This document shows positions 9,552 to 18,945 of a DNA stretch of 64,000 nt, in pieces (the first letter of the stretch is position 1; each line of letters starts with the position of its first letter). The DNA is from Rikenellaceae bacterium DTU002. GTDB lineage: Bacteria; Bacteroidota; Bacteroidia; Bacteroidales; UBA932. The stretch lies in contig LFSY01000101.1 in assembly GCA_001512865.1 (NCBI GenBank), forward strand, positions 26,486 through 90,485, in the 5' to 3' direction. The notes under the pieces were generated by a model. It ran no database searches, was not told the DNA's origin, and worked only from the letters and a program-made list of their open reading frames with translations. The translations under genes were made by a program, and so were the position numbers.

Positions 9552-10682
9552 ATGAAATTCACCGTAGTGAATACCGACCCGGCTGGTGCGGCCCGTACCG
9601 GGATACTGGTAACGGAGCACGGCCGGATAGAAACGCCCGTTTTCATGCCCGTTGGCACCCTGGCTACGGTAAAAGGGTTGTTCCACAAAGACCTTGCAGA
9701 AGATGTGAAAGCCCGGATCATCCTGGGGAATACCTACCATCTGTATCTCAGACCCGGGACCGGTATTATCCGTAAGGCAGGCGGTATACACAAATTCAGC
9801 GGATGGGAAGGATCGGTGTTGACGGACAGCGGGGGTTACCAGGTGTTTTCCCTGGCCGGAAAAAGAAAGCTTTCTGCGGAAGGATATCATTTTCAGTCAC
9901 ACATTGACGGATCGGCGCATTTTTTTTCTCCCGAGAACGTGGTTGACATACAACGCATCATCGGAGCGGATATTATCATGGCCCTGGACGAATGTACACC
10001 CGGAGATGCCACATACGATTATGCCGGCAAATCGTTGCGTTTGACGCAAAACTGGCTGGAAAGGGGCCTGGCCCGTTTCCGTACCACGGAAGGGTTGTAC
10101 GGATACGGACAATCTTTTTTCCCCATTGTACAGGGATGTGTGTATCCCGAACTACGGCGTCAGGCAGCTGAACACGCAGCCTCTCTGGATGCGGAAGGAT
10201 ACGCCATCGGGGGCCTTTCCGTGGGAGAACCTACCGAAGTCATGTACCAGATGATAGAGACCGTACATCCCTGTCTGCCGCCGGACAAACCCAGGTATCT
10301 TATGGGGGTGGGAACACCGGCAAACATCCTGGAAGGGATCTCCCGCGGTATTGATATGTTCGATTGTGTGATGCCTACCCGGAACGGACGCAACGGCATG
10401 CTCTTTACCCGGAAGGGCATATTGAACATAAAAAACCGGAAATGGGCCGACGACCTGTCTCCCGTGGACCCGGAAGGGACCTCTTTTGTGGACACCACGT
10501 ATTCGAGGGCCTATCTGCGCCATCTTTTCACGGCCGGAGAAATGCTCGGCCCACAGATCGCCAGCCTGCACAATCTGGCTTTTTATTTGCAACTGGTCAG
10601 GGAAGCGGCACAACATATACGGCAGGGAGACTTCACCGCATGGAAAAACAAGATGGTCGGACCACTTGAAACAAGGCTGTAA
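9552..10682 (+). CDS. tgt: tRNA-guanine transglycosylase (queuine tRNA-ribosyltransferase)
   Basis: 376 aa. MKFTVVNTDPAGAARTGILVTEHGRIETPVFMPVGT..., LTDSGGYQVFSL, and GLSVGEP are classic Tgt motifs. Confidence 0.96.
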   Translation: MKFTVVNTDPAGAARTGILVTEHGRIETPVFMPVGTLATVKGLFHKDLAEDVKARIILGNTYHLYLRPGTGIIRKAGGIHKFSGWEGSVLTDSGGYQVFSLAGKRKLSAEGYHFQSHIDGSAHFFSPENVVDIQRIIGADIIMALDECTPGDATYDYAGKSLRLTQNWLERGLARFRTTEGLYGYGQSFFPIVQGCVYPELRRQAAEHAASLDAEGYAIGGLSVGEPTEVMYQMIETVHPCLPPDKPRYLMGVGTPANILEGISRGIDMFDCVMPTRNGRNGMLFTRKGILNIKNRKWADDLSPVDPEGTSFVDTTYSRAYLRHLFTAGEMLGPQIASLHNLAFYLQLVREAAQHIRQGDFTAWKNKMVGPLETRL

Positions 10683-10693
10683 CAGACGGAAGC

Positions 10694-11794
10694 ATGAAAA
10701 ACAGACCCTACAATTTCCATATTACGACACTGGACAGGTATATTATCCGGAAGTTTATGGGTACGTATTTTTTTGCCCTTCTGATCATCATTGGGATCGT
10801 CATCATTTTTGACATCAGCGAGAAGATAGATGATTTTGTTGACAAGGAAGCTCCCCTGCGTGCCGTTGTAGTGGATTACTACATGAATTTCATTCCCTAT
10901 TTCATGAACATGTTTTCGCCGCTGTTCGTATTTATCTCGGTGATATTCTTTACTTCCAAACTGGCCGGACACAGCGAGATCATTGCCATGCTCAGCGGGG
11001 GGATCAGCTTTAACAGGATCATGTACCCGTACTTTTTGTCGGCACTGTTCATTGCGATGCTGTCCCTTGCCCTGAACTGGTTTGTGATCCCCCCCGCCAA
11101 CAGGAACCGGCTGGCATTTGAAGAACAGTATCTGAAAACAAGGACCGAATACAACAGGAACATCCACTACCAGGTGGAACCCGACACGTATGTGTATATT
11201 GAGTCGTACAATTCCTGGAACAACACGGCCATCCGTTTTACGCTGGAATCATTCAGCGGGAACCACCTCAGATCCAAGTTGTCTGCAGAAACTGCACGGT
11301 GGGATTCCCTCACCGGACGCTGGCGCCTGAATGATTACAACATCCGGAATTTCTCCGATTCAGCCCACACGATAACCTGGGGAAAGCAGACGGACACCCT
11401 TGTAAATATTACGGGGGCAGACCTGGTTCGGCGCAAGGAATCGGTGGAGCAATTCAACCTCAGCCAGCTGAACCGCTTTATAGATACCCTGAGAATGCGC
11501 GGAGACGCCAATATCAAATTTGCCCTTATCCAGAAAAATTCCCGGCTTGCGATTCCCTTTTCTTCCTTTATCCTTACTATTATGGGCGTGGCACTTTCAT
11601 CCCGGAAAAGAAGGGGCGGCATTGGCCTGAACATTGGGATAGGCATTGCACTGAGCTTTTCATATATCCTTTTCCTGAGGTTTTCGGAAATGTTTGTACA
11701 TGCTGATGTGCTTTCCCCCGCCATCGCCCTGTGGATCCCGAATATGCTGTACGCCATGATCGCCTTTGTATTGTACAGGGTGGCGCCCAAATAA
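10694..11794 (+). CDS. LptF/LptG-family (YjgP/YjgQ) LPS export permease
   Basis: 366 aa. N-terminus LDRYIIRKFMGTYFFALLIIIGIVIIFDISEKIDDF, six predicted TM segments and a central periplasmic domain. The F versus G assignment cannot be resolved by eye. Confidence 0.85.
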   Translation: MKNRPYNFHITTLDRYIIRKFMGTYFFALLIIIGIVIIFDISEKIDDFVDKEAPLRAVVVDYYMNFIPYFMNMFSPLFVFISVIFFTSKLAGHSEIIAMLSGGISFNRIMYPYFLSALFIAMLSLALNWFVIPPANRNRLAFEEQYLKTRTEYNRNIHYQVEPDTYVYIESYNSWNNTAIRFTLESFSGNHLRSKLSAETARWDSLTGRWRLNDYNIRNFSDSAHTITWGKQTDTLVNITGADLVRRKESVEQFNLSQLNRFIDTLRMRGDANIKFALIQKNSRLAIPFSSFILTIMGVALSSRKRRGGIGLNIGIGIALSFSYILFLRFSEMFVHADVLSPAIALWIPNMLYAMIAFVLYRVAPK

Positions 11795-11814
11795 TGAAAC
11801 AACCTGATTCATAT

Positions 11815-12771
11815 ATGAGAAAAACCATTTTAGTTGTAGGAGCCGGAGGTCAGATAGGGACGGAACTTGTTCCGCATCTGCAATCGGTTTACGGTGATGA
11901 TCACGTGATAGCTGCCGAATTGCGGCCGGAAGTATGCCGGGCACTGTCTGAAAGATCCCGGACCGAGTGTCTGAATGCGTTGGACCGCGAGGCATATGCC
12001 ACTATCATGAACAAATACAGGCCGGACTGGGTGTTCAATCTGGTGGCCGTTCTCTCGGCAACAGGGGAAAAGAACCCGCAAACCGCCTGGCACATCAATA
12101 TGGGCGCTTTGTTCAACACCCTGGAACTTGCCAGGGAATTTGGCTGCGGAGTTTTTACACCCAGTTCCATCGGAGCCTTCGGGAAGGATACTCCGCCAAA
12201 CGGAACGCCACAGGATACGGTTATGAGGCCCAATACAATATATGGTGTCTGCAAGGTATCGGGAGAGCTTCTCTCCGATTATTACCATTCCCGTTTCGGA
12301 GTGGACACACGCAGTGTCCGCTTTCCGGGCATCATATCTCACGGAACGCTTCCGGGCGGGGGAACCACCGATTATGCCGTTGAGATCTTTTATGCAGCTG
12401 TACGCGGGGAGTCGTTCATATGCCCCCTGCCTCATAATGCCTATATGGATATGATGTATATGCCCGATGCCCTGGAGGCGTGCTCCCGCCTGATAGAGGC
12501 AGATCCCAACCGCCTGTTGCACCGTAACAGTTTCAATATAACGGCCATGAGTTTCTGTCCGCGCGAACTGTACGAAGTGATCAGGCGACGTATACCTGCA
12601 TTCAGGATGGAATACCGGATTGACCCCGTGAAAGAAGCCATCGCCAATTCATGGCCCAATTATATGGACGATTCCTGCGCACGGACCGAATGGGGCTGGA
12701 GTCCCCGTTGGGATATCGACTCCATGGCTGATGATATGTTGAAAAATCTGAGAAAAAAGTTGCTGGAATAA
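11815..12771 (+). CDS. NAD-dependent epimerase/dehydratase-family protein, L-threonine 3-dehydrogenase-like
   Basis: MRKTILVVGAGGQIGTELV is a Rossmann motif at the N-terminus. A YGVCK catalytic YxxxK is present, about 318 aa. It resembles the short-chain (UDP-glucose-epimerase-like) TDH group. Alternative starts are at 11794 and 11731. Confidence 0.7.
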   Translation: MRKTILVVGAGGQIGTELVPHLQSVYGDDHVIAAELRPEVCRALSERSRTECLNALDREAYATIMNKYRPDWVFNLVAVLSATGEKNPQTAWHINMGALFNTLELAREFGCGVFTPSSIGAFGKDTPPNGTPQDTVMRPNTIYGVCKVSGELLSDYYHSRFGVDTRSVRFPGIISHGTLPGGGTTDYAVEIFYAAVRGESFICPLPHNAYMDMMYMPDALEACSRLIEADPNRLLHRNSFNITAMSFCPRELYEVIRRRIPAFRMEYRIDPVKEAIANSWPNYMDDSCARTEWGWSPRWDIDSMADDMLKNLRKKLLE

Positions 12772-12772
12772 G

Positions 12773-13723
12773 ATGGATTATCTTCTGATAATAGCCGGTT
12801 TTGTACTTCTTACCGCTGGGGCCAACCTGTTGATCAAGGGGGCTGCGGGACTGGCAGCCAGGCTCAATGTTTCCGATCTGGTAATTGGCCTGACCGTGGT
12901 GGCATTCGGTACATCGATGCCGGAAATGGTCGTCAATATGGTGGCTGCCGTAAGGGGTAACACAGAAATTGCCATAACGAACGTACTGGGGAGCAATTCC
13001 ATTAACACCTATGTGATCCTGGGACTGGCAGCCCTGTTTTATCCCCTTCCGGCACAAAAATCTACCATCCGCACAGAGATCCCCATGAGCCTGTTCGCTG
13101 CCCTGGCGGTACTCGTACTGGGAAGCGGGCTGTTTTTTTCCCCTGTCATTGGATTGTCCCGTACCGACGGGGTCTTGCTGATGGTCTGTTTCGCCGGATT
13201 CATGATCTACATTTTACGTCTTGCAAAACAGGGGAAAGCCCCTCTTCCCGAAGAAGGCTATGTGCCCATCCCCATTGGGAAGGCAATCCTGTTTGTGCTG
13301 GCCGGCCTGGCGGCATTGGCTTTAGGGGCCGAGATGATCGTTCGGTCTGCCATACGCATGGCAACTTCCTGGGGCGTGAGTGAGGCCGTGGTGGGGGTGA
13401 CCATCGTAGCCCTGGGTACCTCGCTCCCGGAACTGGCCACATCTGTGGTGGCCGCATACCGTAAAAGTTCCGACATAGCAGTGGGGAACATCATCGGGTC
13501 CAATATCTTTAACGTTTTCCTGGTTTTGGGTATCAGTTCCGTTATCCGGCCCTTGCCCGCTTACGGCAATCTGGTGACAGACGCTGCCGTTGCAGCTACG
13601 GGAAGCCTGATGCTTTTAGTTTTCCTGGGAACAGGAAAGAAGCGCACGCTCAACAGGACTCACGGGATCCTGCTACTGCTTGTCTATGCAGTTTACCTGG
13701 CGTGGATCATAAGCACACTCTGA
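12773..13723 (+). CDS. Calcium/sodium antiporter (CaCA family, YrbG-like)
   Basis: 316 aa with two alpha-repeats (GLTVVAFGTSMPEM and GVTIVALGTSLPEL) flanking a central loop. Confidence 0.9.
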   Translation: MDYLLIIAGFVLLTAGANLLIKGAAGLAARLNVSDLVIGLTVVAFGTSMPEMVVNMVAAVRGNTEIAITNVLGSNSINTYVILGLAALFYPLPAQKSTIRTEIPMSLFAALAVLVLGSGLFFSPVIGLSRTDGVLLMVCFAGFMIYILRLAKQGKAPLPEEGYVPIPIGKAILFVLAGLAALALGAEMIVRSAIRMATSWGVSEAVVGVTIVALGTSLPELATSVVAAYRKSSDIAVGNIIGSNIFNVFLVLGISSVIRPLPAYGNLVTDAAVAATGSLMLLVFLGTGKKRTLNRTHGILLLLVYAVYLAWIISTL

Positions 13724-13727
13724 TTTT

Positions 13728-15191
13728 TTACAGGAACATTCCTATCATCGAGGCTGACAGCAAAGCGACCAGTGTCGCTCCCAGCAGGGCCCGAAACCCG
13801 AATTTTGCCAGCACATGCCTCTGATTGGGCGCGATCCCCCCAATACCTCCGATCTGTATGCCTACCGAGGCAAAGTTGGCAAATCCGCATAGGACATAGG
13901 TGGCGATGATCAGCGATTTTGTACTGGCAAAAGCTCCTGCCTGGATCATTTGTGCCAGGCTGCTGTATCCCACGAATTCTGTCATGATAAGTTTTTCACC
14001 CAGCAGGCGTCCCACCAGCCCCAGATCCTGGCCCGAAACCCCGGTAAGCCATATGACAGGCGCGAAAAGGTAGGAAAGGATGCATTCCAGCGACAGGCTG
14101 TCGTACATACCGTTTGTCCAGTCTGCGATCAGGTTGTTCAGGTGTGTCCACTGGCCAATTTTCCCGAACATGTAATTGGCTCCGGCAATAAGTGCGTAAA
14201 AGACAAGCAACATGGCGGCAACGTTGGCGGCCAGTTTCAGTCCGTCAATAGATCCGTTGGAGATGGAATCCAGCGTGCTGGTTCCCAATTTATCTTTGGG
14301 GACTTCAACGGAATTGTCAATCTCTTCTGTCTGGGGCACCAGTATCTTGGCCATGGCAATGGCTCCGGGAGCTGCCATGACCGATGCCGAAAGAAGGTGT
14401 TTGGCAAAGGCCACGCTCATATGCACGTCGCCTCCTCCCAACATCCCGATATAAGCGGCCAGTACCCCTCCCGCCATGGTACTCATGCCAGCGGTCATGA
14501 TGAGCATGATCTCGGACCTGGTCATCTTGGGGACATAGGCCTTGACCAGGAGCGGGGCTTCTGTCTGCCCGAGGAAAATATTGCCGGCAGTAGACAGGCT
14601 CTCGGCCCCCGAAATGCGCATGAGCTTGGTAAAGACCCAGGCCATGACCCAGACCACCTTCTGGATCACTCCCCAGTAAAACAACAGCGAGGTCAGGGCC
14701 GAGAAAAATATGATTGTAGGCAGGATCTGCAGGGCAAATATATAACCGAACTTTCCCTGGTCCATCAGAGATCCGAATAAAAACTCCGATCCCGCCCTGG
14801 TCCAGTCCAATACTTTAACGAAGGCTTTTCCAAAAAATTCAAAAACCATCTGGACAGCCGGAATGGTAAGTATTCCCAAAGCAATGAGCAATTGCAGGGC
14901 CAGGGCTATTCCTACGGTCCTCCAGTTGATCTTACGCTTGTTTGTGCTGAACAGCCAGGCGATCAGCAATATCGAGAACAGCCCCACGATCCCTCTCAGG
15001 ATGGATTTAAAGCTGAACACAAACTGACGGCTCTCCAGTATGCCCTGATAGGGATTGACATCTTCCACAACGGAGTCCTCGATGACAAGTATGTCTGTTC
15101 CGGCCTGAAACACTACAGTCGAATCGTTTTGTGCATACAGTCCGGAACCTGCAATTAATACACAAAACATCAGGAATAATATTTTTTTCAC
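13728..15191 (-). CDS. Concentrative nucleoside transporter (NupC/CNT family) with an N-terminal extension
   Basis: 487 aa. From about residue 62 it is collinear by eye with E. coli NupC (e.g. GAESLSTAGNIFLGQTEAPLL, FANFASVGIQIGGIG). GTG start at 15191. Residues 1-60 are extra. Confidence 0.88.
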   Translation of the reverse strand: MKKILFLMFCVLIAGSGLYAQNDSTVVFQAGTDILVIEDSVVEDVNPYQGILESRQFVFSFKSILRGIVGLFSILLIAWLFSTNKRKINWRTVGIALALQLLIALGILTIPAVQMVFEFFGKAFVKVLDWTRAGSEFLFGSLMDQGKFGYIFALQILPTIIFFSALTSLLFYWGVIQKVVWVMAWVFTKLMRISGAESLSTAGNIFLGQTEAPLLVKAYVPKMTRSEIMLIMTAGMSTMAGGVLAAYIGMLGGGDVHMSVAFAKHLLSASVMAAPGAIAMAKILVPQTEEIDNSVEVPKDKLGTSTLDSISNGSIDGLKLAANVAAMLLVFYALIAGANYMFGKIGQWTHLNNLIADWTNGMYDSLSLECILSYLFAPVIWLTGVSGQDLGLVGRLLGEKLIMTEFVGYSSLAQMIQAGAFASTKSLIIATYVLCGFANFASVGIQIGGIGGIAPNQRHVLAKFGFRALLGATLVALLSASMIGMFL

Positions 15192-15216
15192 AAGGATGGT
15201 TTTTGGGATAACTGCG

Positions 15217-15224
15217 CAAAGATA
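15217..15224 (-). promoter_or_regulatory. -7 promoter box (TATCTTTG on the minus strand) for the nucleoside transporter
   Basis: Exact TAnnTTTG match read on the minus strand, 25 nt upstream of the GTG start at 15191. Confidence 0.55.
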
Positions 15225-15234
15225 AACAAAATGC

Positions 15235-15242
15235 TAACTTTG
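15235..15242 (+). promoter_or_regulatory. -7 promoter box (TAACTTTG) for the GSCFA gene
   Basis: Exact TAnnTTTG match, with 5 nt between the box and the ATG at 15248. Confidence 0.55.
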
Positions 15243-15247
15243 CATCT

Positions 15248-16186
15248 ATGGAATGGCAAACAAAAGTGAAAGTCCGGCCCTTGCAGGATCGTTTTACCTA
15301 TGCCACCCGCTTCCTGTTCTGCGGGTCTTGTTTTGCGCAGGAAATGGCACTAAGGATGCACAGGTTGCATTTTCAGGTGGCCCCCGATGCTTTCGGGACG
15401 TTGTTCAATCCCGCATCCGTTGCCTCGGCTCTTGAAAGACTGGAACAAAACAGGCATTTTGAACTTCCGGAGGTCATGAAGTTCCCGTACGGTGCCTACG
15501 GGACTCTGCACCACCATACTTCGTTTTCCGCGAAAGATCCGGCTGCATTCCTGGAAAATGCGAACAAACTGCTGCAGGAAGCCTCGGCTTTTTTTCAAAA
15601 GGCGGAAGTAATTGTAGTCACCTTCGGGACGGCATGGGTGTATACCTCTGGCGGCAGGGTGGCTGCCAACTGTCACAAATTGCCGCCACGTCTTTTCGAC
15701 AGGGTGTTCCTGGATCCCCGGAGGGTCACTGAAAGTATGGCTCCTTTGCTGGAAAGACACCGGGACAAATTGTGGATCATGACCGTCAGTCCCATACGTC
15801 ATTTGGGAGACGGAGCACACGGGAATCAGCTTAGCAAGGCGTCTTTGCTTTTGGCCATCGACCAACTGCAGCAGTCTTTCGGCCACGTCTTCTATTTCCC
15901 TTCCTATGAAATAGTTCTGGACGAATTGCGAGATTACAGGTTTTATGCCTCCGACCGTTGTCACCTGACACAGGAAACGGCTGATCATATCCTGGAACGG
16001 TTTCTGGAAGCTGTTGCAGATGAGGGAACAAGGGACCTGGCAGGGAAAGTCGGGAAGCTCAATGCCTCGCTGGCGCACAAGCCTTTTTTCCCGGAGTCGG
16101 AAGAATATGCTCTTTTTAGCAAAAAACTTGAAAAACAGGTATCTGAATTGCTGCAAACTATTGGAAACAAAAGAAAATTATGTTAG
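15248..16186 (+). CDS. GSCFA-domain protein (function unknown)
   Basis: 312 aa. It contains the eponymous motif in FLFCGSCFAQEM near the N-terminus. Confidence 0.75.
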   Translation: MEWQTKVKVRPLQDRFTYATRFLFCGSCFAQEMALRMHRLHFQVAPDAFGTLFNPASVASALERLEQNRHFELPEVMKFPYGAYGTLHHHTSFSAKDPAAFLENANKLLQEASAFFQKAEVIVVTFGTAWVYTSGGRVAANCHKLPPRLFDRVFLDPRRVTESMAPLLERHRDKLWIMTVSPIRHLGDGAHGNQLSKASLLLAIDQLQQSFGHVFYFPSYEIVLDELRDYRFYASDRCHLTQETADHILERFLEAVADEGTRDLAGKVGKLNASLAHKPFFPESEEYALFSKKLEKQVSELLQTIGNKRKLC

Positions 16187-16191
16187 ATTTG
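16184..16191 (+). promoter_or_regulatory. Possible -7 box (TAGATTTG) for the HU gene
   Basis: TAnnTTTG match overlapping the GSCFA stop codon, 47 nt upstream of the hup ATG. Confidence 0.35.
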
Positions 16192-16238
16192 TGGCAGTTA
16201 CCTAATGAATACTTTCATTTAACCTAATATTTACTATC

Positions 16239-16496
16239 ATGAACAAAGCAGATCTTATTGCCGCAATGGCTGCCGAATCCGGACTTTCAAAGGTTGATTC
16301 CAAAAAAGCACTGGACGCTTTCCTGGCTGCCACAACAAAATCCCTTAAGAAAGGGGAAAGAGTGACTCTTGTAGGTTTTGGCTCATTTGTTGTAGGAAAA
16401 AGAGGCGAAAGAACAGGAAGGAATCCTCGTACCGGAGCTACCATCAAGATTAAAGCAAAGAAGGTTGTTAAATTCCGTCCAAGTATTGATTTGTAG
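16239..16496 (+). CDS. hup: HU-family DNA-binding protein
   Basis: 85 aa, MNKADLIAAMAAESGLSKVDSKKALDAFL...GFGSFVVGKRGERTGRNPRTGATIKI. Canonical HU/IHF fold signature. Confidence 0.95.
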   Translation: MNKADLIAAMAAESGLSKVDSKKALDAFLAATTKSLKKGERVTLVGFGSFVVGKRGERTGRNPRTGATIKIKAKKVVKFRPSIDL

Positions 16497-16580
16497 CCAA
16501 CGGTACAACATCAGCTTGACGTAAGTCAGGAAAAGAGAAGGAGGACTCAGACGTTCTCCTTTTTATGTACATGTAAACAG

Positions 16581-18941
16581 ATGAAGAGGACATTGACCGA
16601 CACGTGCAGGATAGCCCTGGTTTTTTTAGGATTTGTGTTCATGACAACGGGGCTGAAGGCGCAGACAGGGCACAAGCTTTCAGGAAAAGTGATCGATGCC
16701 ACGGCAGGGGAGGTGCTTCCGGGGGCAGTGGTCAGGGTACTCGATCCGGTTCCTGCCTGGACTCTGACAGATTCCAGGGGCAGGTTTACCATGGAGCTTC
16801 CTGCGGGAAAAATTTCGCTGGAAATTTCTTACATAGGATACAAAACGCGTGTCGGGGAGTGTTTCCTGGACAGGGACAGGGATACGCTGTTCGTCCTGAC
16901 CCCTTTGTCTTATTACCTGCAGGACGTGACGGTTTTTGCGGAAAGTCCCGGCACGAGGTTACGTAAGGCCGAGATGAGCGTCGAGCGGATCGATGCCCAG
17001 GTCATCCAGCGGGTGCCTACCCTGTTCGGAGAAGTGGATCTGCTCAAAGTGGTTCAGATGCTTCCTGGCGTACAGGCCGCTTCTGAAGGGAGCAGCGGCT
17101 TTCACGTACGCGGAGGAAGTCCGGACCAGAATATGATCCTCTACGACAATGCCACATTGTACAACGTGTCCCACATGCTGGGATTCTTTTCAATCTTCAA
17201 CAGCGATGCCGTGGGATCCATGTCTCTTTACAAGGGAGACATTCCCGCCCCGTACGGCGGTCGTTTGTCGTCTCTGCTTGAAGTAACGCCGGCCGACGGA
17301 AAAGATCGTTTTTCCATAGACGGCGGCATCGGCCTTATCTCCAGCAAACTGGCTGTTCAGGGGAGGATCGGCGCTGACAACCTGACGTACCTGGTGGCAG
17401 GACGCAGAACCTATGCAGACCTTTTTCTTCCGCTGGCAAAAAACGAGATTCTACGTGAAGCCACCATTCATTTCTACGATCTGAACGGACGCATGCGGTG
17501 GAGGATAAACGACAACAATTACCTGAACCTTACACTATACAACGGACGGGATCGCTTTAAAATTTCCGAGATGGGTGTGACGTTCGGGAATTCAGTGGCG
17601 TCAGTCAACTGGAATCATGCCTTTTCCGATCGCCTTTTCTTGAAAATGTATACCAATTTCACAAACTACGAATACGATTTCAACGGAAAGACCAATGACC
17701 TGGACATGGAGTGGATTTCGAGCATACAGGATGCGGGAATGCGCCTGGACTTTTCGTACATTCTGAATCCGCGACATCTCTTTGAGTTTGGTTATACGTC
17801 AAATTTCCAATGGTTTAAGCCCGGTCAAGCCATAGGGAAGGGAACCATGGGCACCGGTGTGGAGGTGGAACAGGACATAACCATGTCCCCACGGCAGGGT
17901 TTTGTGAACGTTTTGTATTTTTCCAACCAGCACAAACTTCTGAACGAAAGGGTGGAATTAAGGTACGGATTACGTTTTAACCGTTTTGACAACGTCGGGC
18001 CTACCATACTTTACACCGTTGACGAGAATTACAACCTGGTTGAAGAAGAGGGTACCCTGATAGCCCCGGGGGATTTTTTCCACCACGAATACGGATGGGA
18101 GCCACGGCTGGGTATTTCAGTCATGGCTTCTCCCGTTGTTTCCGTAAAGGCTTCCTATGCAAGGACACTTCAGTACGTGCATCTGTTGTCGTTTTCTTCT
18201 GCAGGGTCTCCCATGGAAATATGGATTCCCTCCGGACCATCCGTGAAGCCGCAGTCTTCCCACCAGGTGTCTGCCGGCGTTTTTGCCAATTTGTTCCGCA
18301 AGGATTACGAAGCATCCGTTGAGGTGTTTTATAAACATCTGGACAATGTGCTGGATTTCAAGGAACATCCCAATCTGATACTTTATGACAAGATCGAAAC
18401 GGAGCTCCGGTTTGGAACAGGGAAAAGTTACGGGATAGAATTTTTACTCAAAAGAAACAAAGGAGCCCTGAGCGGATGGGTCAGCTATACCTGGTCCAGG
18501 TCTTTCAGGACAATCCCCGGGGTCAACAACGGGCAGCGTTACCGCTCGCCTTCGGACCGTCCACACAACATCAACATTGTGGTCTTTTATGACATCTCTG
18601 ACAGGCTGCAGGCCTCGCTCAACTGGATCTATGCCACAGGCAGGCCACTGACACTGCCTGAAGGCCGCTACTGGTTCTTTAATGAGCTTATTCCCGTATA
18701 TACAGAAAGGAATTCATACAGGATGGCGGATTATCACAGGATGGACGCTTCGCTCAACATCCGGTTGAGTAAACCGGGAAAAAGGTGGAATCATTCCCTC
18801 AATATTTCTGTATACAACCTTTACGGAAGAAAAAATCCGTGGGCCATCAATTACCGGATGAACCCTTCAGGAGAACAGTATCTGGAAATGACATATCTGT
18901 TTAGCGTGGTTCCCTCCGTAACCTGGAATTTTACTTTTTAA
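16581..18941 (+). CDS. TonB-dependent outer-membrane receptor with an N-terminal carboxypeptidase-regulatory-like domain
   Basis: 786 aa. It has a signal peptide, then a CarbopepD_reg-like segment (GKVIDATAGEVLPGAVVRVLD...GRFTMELPAG), a plug region (VERIDAQVIQRVP...LPGVQA) and a C-terminal beta-barrel ending in an aromatic residue (...WNFTF). Confidence 0.88.
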   Translation: MKRTLTDTCRIALVFLGFVFMTTGLKAQTGHKLSGKVIDATAGEVLPGAVVRVLDPVPAWTLTDSRGRFTMELPAGKISLEISYIGYKTRVGECFLDRDRDTLFVLTPLSYYLQDVTVFAESPGTRLRKAEMSVERIDAQVIQRVPTLFGEVDLLKVVQMLPGVQAASEGSSGFHVRGGSPDQNMILYDNATLYNVSHMLGFFSIFNSDAVGSMSLYKGDIPAPYGGRLSSLLEVTPADGKDRFSIDGGIGLISSKLAVQGRIGADNLTYLVAGRRTYADLFLPLAKNEILREATIHFYDLNGRMRWRINDNNYLNLTLYNGRDRFKISEMGVTFGNSVASVNWNHAFSDRLFLKMYTNFTNYEYDFNGKTNDLDMEWISSIQDAGMRLDFSYILNPRHLFEFGYTSNFQWFKPGQAIGKGTMGTGVEVEQDITMSPRQGFVNVLYFSNQHKLLNERVELRYGLRFNRFDNVGPTILYTVDENYNLVEEEGTLIAPGDFFHHEYGWEPRLGISVMASPVVSVKASYARTLQYVHLLSFSSAGSPMEIWIPSGPSVKPQSSHQVSAGVFANLFRKDYEASVEVFYKHLDNVLDFKEHPNLILYDKIETELRFGTGKSYGIEFLLKRNKGALSGWVSYTWSRSFRTIPGVNNGQRYRSPSDRPHNINIVVFYDISDRLQASLNWIYATGRPLTLPEGRYWFFNELIPVYTERNSYRMADYHRMDASLNIRLSKPGKRWNHSLNISVYNLYGRKNPWAINYRMNPSGEQYLEMTYLFSVVPSVTWNFTF

Positions 18942-18945
18942 AAAG

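Noticed and set aside
16535-16566. Putative terminator after the HU gene (AGAAGGAG ... CTCCTTTT).
   Set aside because: The stem is only about 6-8 bp including a G-U pair, the loop is 12 nt, and the T-run is consumed by the stem. It is too weak to call.
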